IMG/VR virus record: IMGVR_UViG_3300042922_000707
Span: 12,233-76,232 of that record
Source: a virus
Reading direction: 5' to 3' (one strand)
DNA: 64,000 nt
The notes below the pieces were generated by a model, which worked only from the letters and a program-made list of their open reading frames with translations, was not told the origin of the DNA and searched no databases. The translations under genes were made by a program, and so were the position numbers. Positions 1-8,386 of the stretch are shown piece by piece (position 1 is the stretch's first letter; every line of letters starts with the position of its first letter).

Positions 1-100
1 AACTGTGTCCCCTCGTGTAACTATATGGTAACTTCACACCAGGTGGTAGACTAAACATCCAACCCAGCATACTTACCAATTTCTTAAATATGGATTTCAT
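1..100 (-). CDS. Hypothetical protein, truncated by window edge (MKSIFKKLVSML...)
   Basis: ATG at 100 with GGAGG upstream; frame stays open to position 1. Confidence 0.5.
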   Translation of the reverse strand, partial: MKSIFKKLVSMLGWMFSLPPGVKLPYSYTRGHS

Positions 101-120
101 TCCTCGCATCCCTCCACAAA

Positions 121-336
121 TTACTCTTTTTTACTCCACTGTATGATACCCCACACGTTTAATCCAGTATAGAATATATACATAGCCAATTGAGCATAAT
201 CTCTTCTAATAATGCTATAGAATACCCAAATTAGCCCCGCTATCATCCAAATCCACATGCCCCATAATCTTTTGTATATGACGCCCACATTTCCAATTAT
301 ACTACCAATTGTGGCAACCCAAGACATAAACAACAT
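121..336 (-). CDS. Small membrane protein, PnuC-like
   Basis: Three hydrophobic segments, W-rich, ends LNVWGIIQWSK; TAATG coupling to the dnaX-like gene. Confidence 0.5.
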   Translation of the reverse strand: MLFMSWVATIGSIIGNVGVIYKRLWGMWIWMIAGLIWVFYSIIRRDYAQLAMYIFYTGLNVWGIIQWSKKE

Positions 337-1361
337 TAATTTCTCCCCAGTCCTAATTTAAGTAACTCATTTTGTATTAAAAGATATTCATTGTCACTGT
401 ATCGTAATTCTGTGTCTAGCTCCTGCAAAGCCTCCAGAAATTTGAAGTCTACAATAGTTGAGTGCCTTTTAATGTCCACCAAGTTCTCGGGACTAGAATT
501 GATATAGTCAAGCGACTCCTCACCCAGTTTACTATAAATCAAACAATCGTTGCAGTAGTTAAACAAGTCCTTTATAAATTGTCTCATATCCACACCACTG
601 TAATAAATTGACTTCAACTGCTTAAGTAACTCTGGTGGATTGCTTATATTATTCATAACACCCAAAATGGTATCCATGCCAACACTACCCAATATTTTAA
701 GTATATCAGAATATGTTATACCTTCCTTATAGTTCCTAACCTGGTCAAATATACTAATAGCATCCCTCATACTACCCTTGCCCATTTTAGCAATGTACAT
801 AAGAGCAGTATCTTCCATTTCGATACCCTCTTGTCCGGCAATGTACTTTACACGCCCAAATAGGTCCTTAACGTCAAAACGTTGTAAATCAAAGCGTTGG
901 CATCTGGAGAGTATAGTCGCTGGAATCTTCTGTGGGTCTGTCGTACATAACATGAATATTATATGTGCGGGTGGCTCTTCCAAAGTCTTCAACAGGGCGT
1001 TAAATGCTCCTGTACTCAACATATGAACCTCGTCTATTATGTAAATCTTAAACTTACCCTTGCTTGGTCTGTGATTAACTTCCTGCCTTATATTTCTAAT
1101 GTTCTCGACGCCGTTATTAGATGCTCCATCTATCTCAATTATGTTCATGTCAAGTTCCTGGCGTGTAAGAACTCCGTCCTCATTTACCATTCTAGCTAGG
1201 ATTCTAGCCGTAGTAGTTTTACCTATTCCACGTGTTCCTGTGAATAAATAGGAGTGACTTATTTCATCATTCTTAATTTGATTTTGCAGTATAATTTTAA
1301 CATGGTCCTGTCCACAAACGTCCTCAAATACTTGAGGTCTATATTTCTGATATAAACTCAT
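336..1361 (-). CDS. dnaX: DNA polymerase III gamma/tau-like clamp loader ATPase
   Basis: LYQKYRP, Walker A GTRGIGKT, IIDEVHML, NALLKTLEEPP, SRC motif; start moved to MSLY (AGGAGG RBS). Confidence 0.92.
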   Translation of the reverse strand: MSLYQKYRPQVFEDVCGQDHVKIILQNQIKNDEISHSYLFTGTRGIGKTTTARILARMVNEDGVLTRQELDMNIIEIDGASNNGVENIRNIRQEVNHRPSKGKFKIYIIDEVHMLSTGAFNALLKTLEEPPAHIIFMLCTTDPQKIPATILSRCQRFDLQRFDVKDLFGRVKYIAGQEGIEMEDTALMYIAKMGKGSMRDAISIFDQVRNYKEGITYSDILKILGSVGMDTILGVMNNISNPPELLKQLKSIYYSGVDMRQFIKDLFNYCNDCLIYSKLGEESLDYINSSPENLVDIKRHSTIVDFKFLEALQELDTELRYSDNEYLLIQNELLKLGLGRN

Positions 1362-1623
1362 TAGCCTCTTCCTCCTGCTGTGCAAATTTCTTAAATGGGC
1401 CGTCAAATGAAAAATCCGATAATTTGTGGTTTAGTAATTTTTCTCTTGCCTCATATTTATCCTTCAAAGTGCTTACTAAAATTTTAACAGGTAGACGTTT
1501 ATCCAGTGATGCACCATTTTCCCAATTACTTCCCCTCAATGACGCTAAGCCTTTTTCAATCTCTTCAATGTCCCTATCCAGTTGCCCAAACTCTTCAAGT
1601 ATCTGTTTTACAGTTATATCCAT
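1339..1623 (-). CDS. Hypothetical coiled-coil protein
   Basis: 94-aa ORF with GGAGGT RBS. Confidence 0.7.
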   Translation of the reverse strand: MDITVKQILEEFGQLDRDIEEIEKGLASLRGSNWENGASLDKRLPVKILVSTLKDKYEAREKLLNHKLSDFSFDGPFKKFAQQEEEANEFISEI

Positions 1624-1675
1624 AACTTACCTCCATTTTTATTTTATATTGTGCAGTACACCCCCAAAATAAGTA

Positions 1676-1726
1676 CCTTAATTCTACCATTATAGCCCTT
1701 TTTATGGGGGTGTAATACATTTATAC
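1676..1726 (-). repeat. 51-bp bipartite intergenic element, copy
   Basis: GTATAAATGTATTAC-N19-TAAT-GGTAGAATTAAGG on minus strand; same spacing as copies at 38747 and 61659. Confidence 0.8.
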
Positions 1727-1736
1727 TGTAATATTT

Positions 1737-4157
1737 TTATGCAAACACGCTCTCTTCATACTCATCCTGCACTTCCGACTCTTCTTCACCCAAATCATCA
1801 TCCAATTCCTCAAGAATTAGTTTTTCATTGTCCTCTCCAACTTCTTCATGCCCTTCCCAATGATATACTGGTCCATACCATTGCTCACTTACTTCAGCAT
1901 CTACTTTTATAACTATACCGCCTCTTTCAATAAGTCTACTACATGCGTCAATCATGCACTGCTTAATAATTGGTATAGCCTCTACCAAGTTAGCTTTTGG
2001 TATGGAAGTAATAACCTCGTCATGCACTGTAGATATAAGAGTAACATCCAATTCTCTCAGTCGCCTATTGGCATATATGAATGCCATGGCTCTTTTAGTT
2101 ATCTCAGCACTGGAGCCCTGCATTATAGAGTTTACACACTGTCTCTCAGCATCTGAGCGTATCCATGCACGGCTGTCCTGCAAATCCGGAAGTCTTCTTT
2201 TTGTATGGTACAGCATTTCCACGTATCCTTTTTCATATGCGGAGTCCAGCACGCTTTGAGTGAACTCTTTAATTGCAGGAAAGGTGTCAAAGTATCGCTC
2301 AATCTCTCGTTTAGCCTCTGTCTCAGTACAATCCAGTCCCTCTGCAAGTCCAACCTCAGTCATACCATAGTTAAGTCCAAGGACTATTGCCTTAACCTTA
2401 CCTCTCCATGGGCTTTTATACCCTGTGTCGTCATTGTCCAAGTACTCCTGTTCTGGGTGCCCGGGAAAGAATAATACTGCCTGTTGTACATACACATCCT
2501 TGGCATTCCTATATGCGTCAAGCATCGTCTCATCTCCGGACAGTACAGCTAGAATACGTGGCTCTATTTGTGAGTAGTCAGTGGAGCATAGGACATTTCC
2601 TTCCTCTGCAATAAAGCAACGTCGTATCTTCTTACCAAAGTCAACCTTAACTTCCTGCCCCTCTATTAATAATTTCTTTGACTTAGAAGGGATATTTTGT
2701 AGATTAGGGTCGGAACTTGAAAACCGGTTGGTAACTGCCTTATAGGGGTTAAAGGAAGTATGAACTCTTCCGTCAACTGGACTAATAGCCTCCAACAGAC
2801 CATCACAGTAAGTTCCTATCATTTTCTTAACTGTTCTATATGCTAAAATGCTTTTGCATACTGAAAATTGTTTAGCGAGCCTTTGCATAACCTTCTCGTT
2901 TGTAGCCTTGCCGTCCTTCTTAGTAGTTGGCCAACCCCATATTGAGAAAAATAAGTCACCTAACTGTGGGGGGCTGTTTATGTTCAACCCAGGTATAAAA
3001 GATGTCCTTAAAGTGTTCCTGTCAAATACCTTAGCCTTACCATTCTTTGTGCTAGGCGGAACATTAACAACCTGCACATGGGGATTATCGTCCAGGAATT
3101 TATCCATCAATTCCTGCAATTGGGTTTTTATTGTCTTCTCAATGGCAACCTTGTACCCCTCAAATTCTTCCTTGTTTGCATTTACTCTATCCACGTCAAG
3201 TAACATACCTCTACGCTCTGCCGCAATTACTGATGGCAAAACCTGTAACTGTATTACATAGTAGGACTCAGCAAGACCGGGTCTCTTCTTTATGTGGCTT
3301 TCCGCAAACTCCATCCATTCCCAATGAAGTATGGCATCTTTGCATGCATAATAGCCAACCATCCATATTGGAAAGTATGCACATGGCGTCTTTTCAAATA
3401 TCTCATCAAATTTGTCCAATGGATTTTGTTGGTACTGTTTGAGCCACTTATTACACAAGGGCTTCAATTTATTTACTGGCTCATTTTCATTTAATACCCT
3501 TGATGCTAAATATCCCTCAAACGCAATATCTGGCATTTCAATGCCCAGATTTATCCAAACTACATGGCTGTCAAACTTACCATTGAATGTTACAACACCA
3601 CAGTATTCATCGGACATGTCTATGTCGTCAATACTGTTTAGAGTTCGCATACTGTACGCAAGAGATTCTTCTCTTTTCTTTCTCATAACAGGTGCCATAT
3701 TTTCTTTTATAAATTCCACAGGTAATTGCTTACCCTCCACAGGCTCTATACAGTCAAGGTGATGTATCGGTATATACCAGGCATTACCATCACATGGCGT
3801 ATAAAAAGATATGCCTACTATGTTGTCGCCATGCCATATCTTTAGACCCATAGTCTCTGTATCGTATGAAAATCTTCTGCACTCCTCAATAGAGCGAAGT
3901 AGTCTATCCAACTTCTCGTCCGTGTCCACTATTATGTAATTGCTGGGCCACTCTGAAAGTACGTTTGGGTGCTTTTTCTTAAACTCATCCACAAGTATGG
4001 AAACCGTTTGTTTTATCTTACCAATACTTTTTCCAGCTCCGGACTTCTTAACAGTCCTTTTCTCAGTCATGGAGGATATAATTTTATTTATTTCTTTAGG
4101 ATTTATTACATCCCTCTTTAGATTATTATCAACACCAAAAAGTAAATTACGTTTCAA
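1737..4157 (-). CDS. polA: Family A DNA polymerase with 3'-5' exonuclease
   Basis: Exo I YDTETMG, SSSDPNLQNIP, motif A DYSQIEPR, motif B KAIVLGLNYG, motif C TVHDEV; no 5'-3' exonuclease domain. Confidence 0.95.
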   Translation of the reverse strand: MKRNLLFGVDNNLKRDVINPKEINKIISSMTEKRTVKKSGAGKSIGKIKQTVSILVDEFKKKHPNVLSEWPSNYIIVDTDEKLDRLLRSIEECRRFSYDTETMGLKIWHGDNIVGISFYTPCDGNAWYIPIHHLDCIEPVEGKQLPVEFIKENMAPVMRKKREESLAYSMRTLNSIDDIDMSDEYCGVVTFNGKFDSHVVWINLGIEMPDIAFEGYLASRVLNENEPVNKLKPLCNKWLKQYQQNPLDKFDEIFEKTPCAYFPIWMVGYYACKDAILHWEWMEFAESHIKKRPGLAESYYVIQLQVLPSVIAAERRGMLLDVDRVNANKEEFEGYKVAIEKTIKTQLQELMDKFLDDNPHVQVVNVPPSTKNGKAKVFDRNTLRTSFIPGLNINSPPQLGDLFFSIWGWPTTKKDGKATNEKVMQRLAKQFSVCKSILAYRTVKKMIGTYCDGLLEAISPVDGRVHTSFNPYKAVTNRFSSSDPNLQNIPSKSKKLLIEGQEVKVDFGKKIRRCFIAEEGNVLCSTDYSQIEPRILAVLSGDETMLDAYRNAKDVYVQQAVLFFPGHPEQEYLDNDDTGYKSPWRGKVKAIVLGLNYGMTEVGLAEGLDCTETEAKREIERYFDTFPAIKEFTQSVLDSAYEKGYVEMLYHTKRRLPDLQDSRAWIRSDAERQCVNSIMQGSSAEITKRAMAFIYANRRLRELDVTLISTVHDEVITSIPKANLVEAIPIIKQCMIDACSRLIERGGIVIKVDAEVSEQWYGPVYHWEGHEEVGEDNEKLILEELDDDLGEEESEVQDEYEESVFA

Positions 4158-4160
4158 TCT

Positions 4161-4250
4161 CTACCATCCTTTCTTTCTGTTCGCGTATGGGCAGTCTCTT
4201 CTTCCACCACAGCTACCACATCCATAAGCTATCTTGTATGCACATTTCAT
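4161..4250 (-). CDS. 29-aa four-cysteine peptide (not in ORF track)
   Basis: MKCAYKIAYGCGSCGGRRDCPYANRKKGW*; GGAGGT RBS; lies between a promoter and polA. Confidence 0.6.
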   Translation of the reverse strand: MKCAYKIAYGCGSCGGRRDCPYANRKKGW

Positions 4251-4279
4251 TCCTTCCACCTCCAATTAGTATACAATGC

Positions 4280-4309
4280 AGTATAAAAGGTTTCAATTTA
4301 TATTGTAAC
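4280..4309 (-). promoter_or_regulatory. 18-bp-spacer class promoter (peptide/polA)
   Basis: GTTACA-N18-TATACT, GA at spacer positions 10-11. Confidence 0.75.
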
Positions 4310-4311
4310 AT

Positions 4312-4340
4312 AAAAAAGGATGGAATATTAAATTCCACCC
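4312..4340 (-). terminator. Intrinsic terminator after ssb
   Basis: GGGTGGAAT/ATTCCATCC stem followed by T6. Confidence 0.75.
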
Positions 4341-4356
4341 CCTTAGCCAGCTCTAG

Positions 4357-5025
4357 TTAAAATGGTATGTCTTCATCATCGTCAATTGGCTTAAACCTAT
4401 TAGTCGCACCCTGTCTTTTTGTTGGAGTTGAGCTTGCCGCTCCTGCCCCACCCTTTAGCAATGCAACCATTTCATCATAGTCCTTCTTTAGTACAAAGTC
4501 ATAGATGTCTGGTCTCTCTGGTAACTTCTCAATTGGTATTAATAATTCACTTTCATCATATGGGTCGATGTCATAGGAAGTTCCAGTATCACCGGATTTA
4601 CCGTTTCTAAGTATTTCATACACATGCTTTCTTAAGTCTTTTTTCTTGCTTATTAAGTTAAGGATACGATTTATTACATCCCTACCTCTATCCCATAACT
4701 CTATCTTTGGTTCCTTTGGTACTTTTCCCTTTTCGTCTGGTCTCCAGCTTAACAGATACAGGAATAATCTTAGTGATGTCTTGCTACCCTGCTCACACAT
4801 TGCACAAGGTTTCTCATACATCTTTAGGCACTCCACATATCTCTTCTTTCCGTCCACCTCTATTTGGTGCGTAAGTAATACGTTTAGGTCATCCGCATCC
4901 TTGTGCAGGAATTGAACATCTGCTCTGTCCCCATCCTCTTTCAACCCAAAAAATCCGACATTTGCTCCAGTGGCAAAAGTGTCAATTGCGCCTTTAATTG
5001 CATCAATACCTTTAAAACCTGCCAT
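4357..5025 (-). CDS. gp32-like single-stranded DNA-binding protein
   Basis: His/Cys putative Zn ligands (H...C...CxxC), acidic tail DDDEDIPF; replication module context. Confidence 0.8.
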   Translation of the reverse strand: MAGFKGIDAIKGAIDTFATGANVGFFGLKEDGDRADVQFLHKDADDLNVLLTHQIEVDGKKRYVECLKMYEKPCAMCEQGSKTSLRLFLYLLSWRPDEKGKVPKEPKIELWDRGRDVINRILNLISKKKDLRKHVYEILRNGKSGDTGTSYDIDPYDESELLIPIEKLPERPDIYDFVLKKDYDEMVALLKGGAGAASSTPTKRQGATNRFKPIDDDEDIPF

Positions 5026-5087
5026 AAATAATTTCCACCTTTCTTGTTTTAAGTTTTTTAGTTTGGAAAGTGTTTAAAGTGTTTTGG

Positions 5088-5249
5088 TTAGGAATTAAGT
5101 TGTTGGTTAAATTGATTAATGACTAGTTTGAGTCTATTTTCAGGCATTATCCCATCGGCACTAACTTTTCCATCCTTCTCAGTAATGATTACAAAGTTAC
5201 CCCATAAAATATGTCTCGTCTTTTTTAGTACTGTGATAAGTCTTTTCAT
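5088..5249 (-). CDS. 53-aa hypothetical protein (not in ORF track)
   Basis: MKRLITVLKK...QQLNS*; AGGGAGG RBS. Confidence 0.6.
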   Translation of the reverse strand: MKRLITVLKKTRHILWGNFVIITEKDGKVSADGIMPENRLKLVINQFNQQLNS

Positions 5250-5287
5250 AGACCAATTCCCTCCCTAACAAATTACCTACGTTCCGT

Positions 5288-5341
5288 AAAATAAAAATAG
5301 GCTTTATACTGTACTTGTATTTTACAATGCAGTATAAAGCC
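5288..5341 (-). terminator. Long hairpin terminator overlapping the -10 of the next promoter
   Basis: GGCTTTATACTG...CAGTATAAAGCC inverted repeat followed by TATTTTTATTTT. Confidence 0.65.
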
Positions 5342-5360
5342 ATTCGTTCGTTTATGTAAA
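5331..5360 (-). promoter_or_regulatory. 18-bp-spacer class promoter (ssb operon)
   Basis: TTTACA-N18-TATACT, GA at spacer positions 10-11. Confidence 0.8.
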
Positions 5361-5367
5361 CTGGTTT

Positions 5368-5985
5368 TTAAAAATTATCTGCTGTGCATAACTGACTTGC
5401 TAGAAAAGGCTTAACCTTTCTCCATAGTAGACTAATGTATGCTCTGCTGTACCCTAGTAGCCTGGCAATCTCTGCGTCTGGCATTTCCGGGCTTTCCATT
5501 TTATACTTAACAATGCCCATAGTTATATCATCAAAGCCGTTGTGTTTTAGCATCATCTCAATTTCAACTCTTTCAAATCCATCCTCTTCATTACATTGGA
5601 ATTTTATAAATGCACTTCCTTCTTCCGAAGTACTTTCACCTTCACCGCATATACTAAATTCGTAACTGAAGCAATTTGAGTAGTTATTTGCCTTCTCATT
5701 GTCGTTTGTACTTCTTCTGCACAAGTTCTTTATCATGTTCTGTGTATGTGCATAGTACAATGTCGTAAATTTACCCTTCTCCGGATTATAGTTTCTTAAT
5801 GCCTCCCAACACCAGATACTGCATAGCTGTCTTTTCTCCTCAATTTCTCTCCCGTCCATGAGTCCCACCTTTTGGTACCATTTGTAGGAAGCATCCTCAA
5901 TTATTTTCTTACAGCCAATTATGAAGTCCTCTTCACCCATTTCACCATTTTTAACCATTAATGCCATTTCTTGAACATTGTTCAT
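5368..5985 (-). CDS. Phage sigma-70-like RNA polymerase sigma factor
   Basis: Region 2-like WEALRNYNPEKGKFTTL; region 4 HTH DAEIARLLGYSRAYIS. Confidence 0.8.
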   Translation of the reverse strand: MNNVQEMALMVKNGEMGEEDFIIGCKKIIEDASYKWYQKVGLMDGREIEEKRQLCSIWCWEALRNYNPEKGKFTTLYYAHTQNMIKNLCRRSTNDNEKANNYSNCFSYEFSICGEGESTSEEGSAFIKFQCNEEDGFERVEIEMMLKHNGFDDITMGIVKYKMESPEMPDAEIARLLGYSRAYISLLWRKVKPFLASQLCTADNF

Positions 5986-6209
5986 TTGTAAATCCTCCTA
6001 GTTTAGTTTAGTTTGTTATATCAAATCACACTTGTAGCGTGAATGTTGAAATTTTACCCAAAAATATCACCCATTTAATAATTCTCTGTCTAATATTACG
6101 CACCAAGCCAATTATCAAATGGGCTAAATTTTAATAGTTCAATTCTTAGTACTATAAGTAGGGTGCTTGCCGTCTATGTAATTTCATTATGTATTAACTT
6201 TACAATATT

Positions 6210-6238
6210 ATTATACAACATTATTTTACATATTACAA
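6210..6238 (-). promoter_or_regulatory. SigA-like promoter for the sigma gene (17-bp spacer)
   Basis: TTGTAA-N17-TATAAT in AT-rich intergenic DNA. Confidence 0.55.
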
Positions 6239-6390
6239 CAAATTTTTACTTATTTTTAAAAATTATGTATAATTTAAAAGTTATTTGCAAAAATAAGTAA
6301 TTTACACATATTGCCCTAATATGAGTTCCTTGATAAACTATTATATTCATTTGTCAATGTTCTTTTCTAAATAGTGCCTGCTAGTGCCTG

Positions 6391-6591
6391 CTACCATTGT
6401 CGCTGTTCCTTTATAAAATTAACCTGCTCGAATTCCATACAGCCACAGTCAACTGTGAACCCATCGTTTATGGACACATACTGTTCTACCAGAGCTTTTG
6501 CCTTATCCACAGCCTCTTCCTTGGTGTCTCCCTCTGCAACAACACTGACGCCAAGTTTGTAACTCATTTCCACATCCCATTTATTTTTCAT
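6391..6591 (-). CDS. Hypothetical protein
   Basis: GGAGGT RBS before MKNKW. Confidence 0.65.
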   Translation of the reverse strand: MKNKWDVEMSYKLGVSVVAEGDTKEEAVDKAKALVEQYVSINDGFTVDCGCMEFEQVNFIKEQRQW

Positions 6592-6607
6592 ACCTAGCAC
6601 CTCCCCG

Positions 6608-7657
6608 CTACAAGAATTTCAATACTTCAACACCTTTTCCATTTTTAACTACATCGTTCATGTCCTTCGCCCAGTCAGGGTACTTAATTAAATTTAATCT
6701 AAATGTACTTGAGTAATTGTCTATTATTCTAGCAGTTTCTTTTTGTCCATAGTCATCATTATCCAAGCCCAAGTTTATATTCTTCACACCCATTGTGGCA
6801 AGTACTTTAGCCTGCTCCTTAAAAAATATCCTACCTCCTATCCCGGTAGTAGGCATTCTCAATGTCCACCCACTTGCAACATCTATTTCACCTTCAACAA
6901 GAGTAATTCCATTCTTCTGTATCATGTCCGACATCCATTTCTTTGGTGTAGCAACATAGTCCCTATAAATGTAGTAGGCTCCGAACATCAAATGTTTCTT
7001 TGGTATATCCTTTACATTAGTATATCTTACATCATTATAGGAAGTGATTGGACGTTTTTTAATAAAGAAAATATTTCCCTTTAAGTCTCTCATAGGAAAT
7101 ACAACGCTGTTGGTTGATTTATCATACCCTATCTCTAGATAGTCCTGCATTTTTTGTGGTATAAATCTAACCTCTTCCATGTAAGGATGCACATACTCAT
7201 AGTATTGCTCCAAGTCGCTTTCCGGAACGAATCTATCAAATCTTTCACTCGTTCTAGATTGACCAAGTCCCAATCCAGGTCGTTCACCCTGCACCGCTAA
7301 ATTGAACTTCTTTAGTAGCCACTTGTAACCCAGTTCTGGCTTAGGGGGAACAACAATTCCACCGGAGGAATCCCTTTTAACACCCAAGTCCAGGCATTTT
7401 GCAACAAACATTGGTAAATTGTCTCCATGTTCCCCACATGTGAAACAGTTATACTGACCATCATCAACACGAACACCCATACTGGGTTTTCTCTCCTGCC
7501 CATCCTTGTGAAATGGGCACTTTACCATCAAGTTACTACCGCTCTCTACTGGCCTACCAAAGTATTCTCTGCCATGCAGTTCTTCCATTTCTTGGGCCAA
7601 TAAGTGCAATACTACTTCCAACTCAACAATGAGGGGCGTATCCCATACAACGAGCAT
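6608..7657 (-). CDS. DNA primase (CHC2 zinc finger + TOPRIM)
   Basis: CPFH...CFTC, LVEGEIDV, LGLDNDDYG. Confidence 0.9.
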   Translation of the reverse strand: MLVVWDTPLIVELEVVLHLLAQEMEELHGREYFGRPVESGSNLMVKCPFHKDGQERKPSMGVRVDDGQYNCFTCGEHGDNLPMFVAKCLDLGVKRDSSGGIVVPPKPELGYKWLLKKFNLAVQGERPGLGLGQSRTSERFDRFVPESDLEQYYEYVHPYMEEVRFIPQKMQDYLEIGYDKSTNSVVFPMRDLKGNIFFIKKRPITSYNDVRYTNVKDIPKKHLMFGAYYIYRDYVATPKKWMSDMIQKNGITLVEGEIDVASGWTLRMPTTGIGGRIFFKEQAKVLATMGVKNINLGLDNDDYGQKETARIIDNYSSTFRLNLIKYPDWAKDMNDVVKNGKGVEVLKFL

Positions 7658-7884
7658 TATTTATCACCACCCAATACAGTTTTAAGTCTCTCATTGTGCT
7701 TAACTGCAAATGAATTCAATTGCTCTTCATTGAAATTAAAATCTTCCTTAAGTGTTTCCAAACTTGCTAATAGTGATGCCTGTAATACCTGAAGTCTATT
7801 TTGAACTACAAACTCGGAAAACTCCTTAGAGTTATTCGCCAGCTTTCCAGCCCTTCTTCTTTCCTGTCTATTCAATTTTTTCAC
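7657..7884 (-). CDS. Hypothetical protein
   Basis: Translationally coupled to both neighbours. Confidence 0.65.
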   Translation of the reverse strand: MKKLNRQERRRAGKLANNSKEFSEFVVQNRLQVLQASLLASLETLKEDFNFNEEQLNSFAVKHNERLKTVLGGDK

Positions 7885-8371
7885 CCCCTTTCTTTACTCT
7901 ATACTCGCATTCAGTAGCCTCACAGTCAAATGGCTCCAAATCCAGTTGTCTAAATATTTCTCTTAGTACGCATTCATCACAGTTTACCACGTTACACGGA
8001 TTGCACCAGTCCATCGCACGTTGTGCCAGTTCGTCAATTGCATCCCTTGACACTTTAATAAGTTCATTTGATAGTACTTCTTTCTCAAATCTATCCTTCT
8101 TTAATTTTGCTTCTGACTTAGGTAAGCAGAATAGGTCTGTTGCTTTCATATCCCTAATTAAGCGTTGCCTTAAATTTCCATCTATCCTACCCATTATTGA
8201 GTCTGTTACTTTCAACGCAAGTGTTATTGAGGTTTTGATATACTTTCTCTCTTCCGCTGTCAAGTTACCTCTCTCATCCCAGTCCTTTAAAAATTGTTCC
8301 TGCATTGTACCAATTAAACAGTAAAGCATTACTACATCCTTACGCTCGGACTCGTTAAGGAAAGTTTTCAT
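7868..8371 (-). CDS. Conserved phage protein with C-terminal Cys cluster (DUF5651-like, tentative)
   Basis: CNPC...CDECVLR...CEY; strong RBS. Confidence 0.55.
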   Translation of the reverse strand: MKTFLNESERKDVVMLYCLIGTMQEQFLKDWDERGNLTAEERKYIKTSITLALKVTDSIMGRIDGNLRQRLIRDMKATDLFCLPKSEAKLKKDRFEKEVLSNELIKVSRDAIDELAQRAMDWCNPCNVVNCDECVLREIFRQLDLEPFDCEATECEYRVKKGGEKIE

Positions 8372-8386
8372 ATGTTATCACCTCCA

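Noticed and set aside
5281-5314. Divergent plus-strand promoter from the mirrored GGCTTTATACTGTA
   Set aside because: No -35 or spacer GA at the required positions; explained as the second arm of the hairpin.
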